From sequence record CM065893.1: a stretch of 32,000 bases of DNA; one strand, given 5' to 3'. The notes under the pieces are model-generated. The model did no database searches and was not told the origin of the DNA. It was given only the letters and a program-made list of their open reading frames with translations. Below are positions 31,181 to 32,000 of this stretch, one piece after another. Every line of letters begins with the position of its first letter. Positions within the stretch are counted from its first letter, which is position 1. The translations under genes and the position numbers were made by a program.

Positions 31181-31860
31181 GTTTGTCTGTCGTCTGTTCG
31201 TCTAAACAGACCCCTAAAAATGACATCTCCGTGTGTCGTCTGTTTGTCTAGACAAACAAACACGGACAGACAAGGTAATAAAAAATATATAGTATTTTTT
31301 ATAATTCCTGCGGACACGGACAAACATCAAATTAAATATTTATATCTGTTTGTCTGTACGTCTGGTAGTAAAATATTTTTTTAGTATTAAATAAAAAATT
31401 ATATACTATGTTTATTTTTTTAAAATATTTCTGCAGGGATTATAAAAAATACTATGTATTGTCCCGTCTGTCCAGACGGACCCCTTGGTTTGAAAAAACT
31501 TCGTTTTTTCTTAGGTAATAAAAAATACTATGTATTTTTTATAATCCCTGCAGACGTTACCTAAGAAAAAACTCGTAGAGTACTTTGTTACGAAGTTTTT
31601 CCAGACCAAGGGGTATTTGAATAGTGGTATTGATTTTTTAATATGTCTGTACGTCTATAATTTTGTACGTCTATAAACTAAAAAATTAATTGTATTTGTA
31701 TGTCTGTACGTCTGTAATTTTATAGGTCTATAATGTGTACGTCTGTTAATAAAAAAAATTTTTTTTATTTTAGACGAGCCCCGTTTGTTTGTGTTTGTCT
31801 GTCGTCTGTCCGTCTGGACAGACGGACAAGGACAGACGACAGACAAACATGCCAAGGGGT
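31181..31860. repeat. repeat clusters upstream (minus sense) of rns
   Basis: A/H/C modules at 31181-31326; composite 31434-31615 (C-A-B-C-D-B), a shortened homolog of 24943-25140; acgtacag-type units and an A palindrome at 31635-31860. Confidence 0.9.
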
Positions 31861-32000
31861 AAGTAACCATAAAATTTTTTATTGTAATTTTATCTACTAT
31901 TTAAAGCTATATTATATAAATGTTTTATTTTTATAAAAAACTTTTTTATAATATCTTTTTGCTTTACAGACGTAAAGCTTTTTTTCCCTAGTATTCTTTT

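Noticed and set aside
31105-31936. ORFs 31105-31323(-), 31655-31870(-), 31733-31936(+)
   Set aside because: Repeat cluster translations upstream of rns.

Overview
Mitochondrial DNA: AT-rich, standard genetic code (conserved Trp codons are all TGG; tRNA-Trp has anticodon CCA), with a green-alga/plant-like gene set. Plus strand: trnM(CAU), trnC(GCA), rpl16, rps10 (broken by a 1-nt frameshift), rps19, nad9, an expanded rpl10-like ORF, rps14, cox1 (3 exons, 2 group I introns each with a LAGLIDADG ORF), nad4L, atp1, and rnl (about 3.06 kb of exon sequence split by 3 group I introns, each with a LAGLIDADG ORF). Minus strand: trnW(CCA), initiator-type trnfM(CAU), an orphan 220-codon membrane-protein ORF, a decayed trnfM copy, and rns. 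The dominant non-genic signal is a family of GC-rich, palindromic, modular short dispersed repeats (core gtccgtctggacagacggac plus partner modules). They fill nearly every spacer and also sit in introns, in rRNA variable regions and, in frame, inside some ORFs. Most short ORFs in the supplied six-frame track are translations of these repeats. Some copies form MITE-like units with perfect 36-43 bp terminal inverted repeats. The picture resembles what I remember being described for repeat-rich ulvophycean green-algal mtDNAs (e.g. Pseudendoclonium akinetum), but that attribution is from memory and unverified. All coordinates and alignments were worked out by eye; intron and rRNA ends are approximate.
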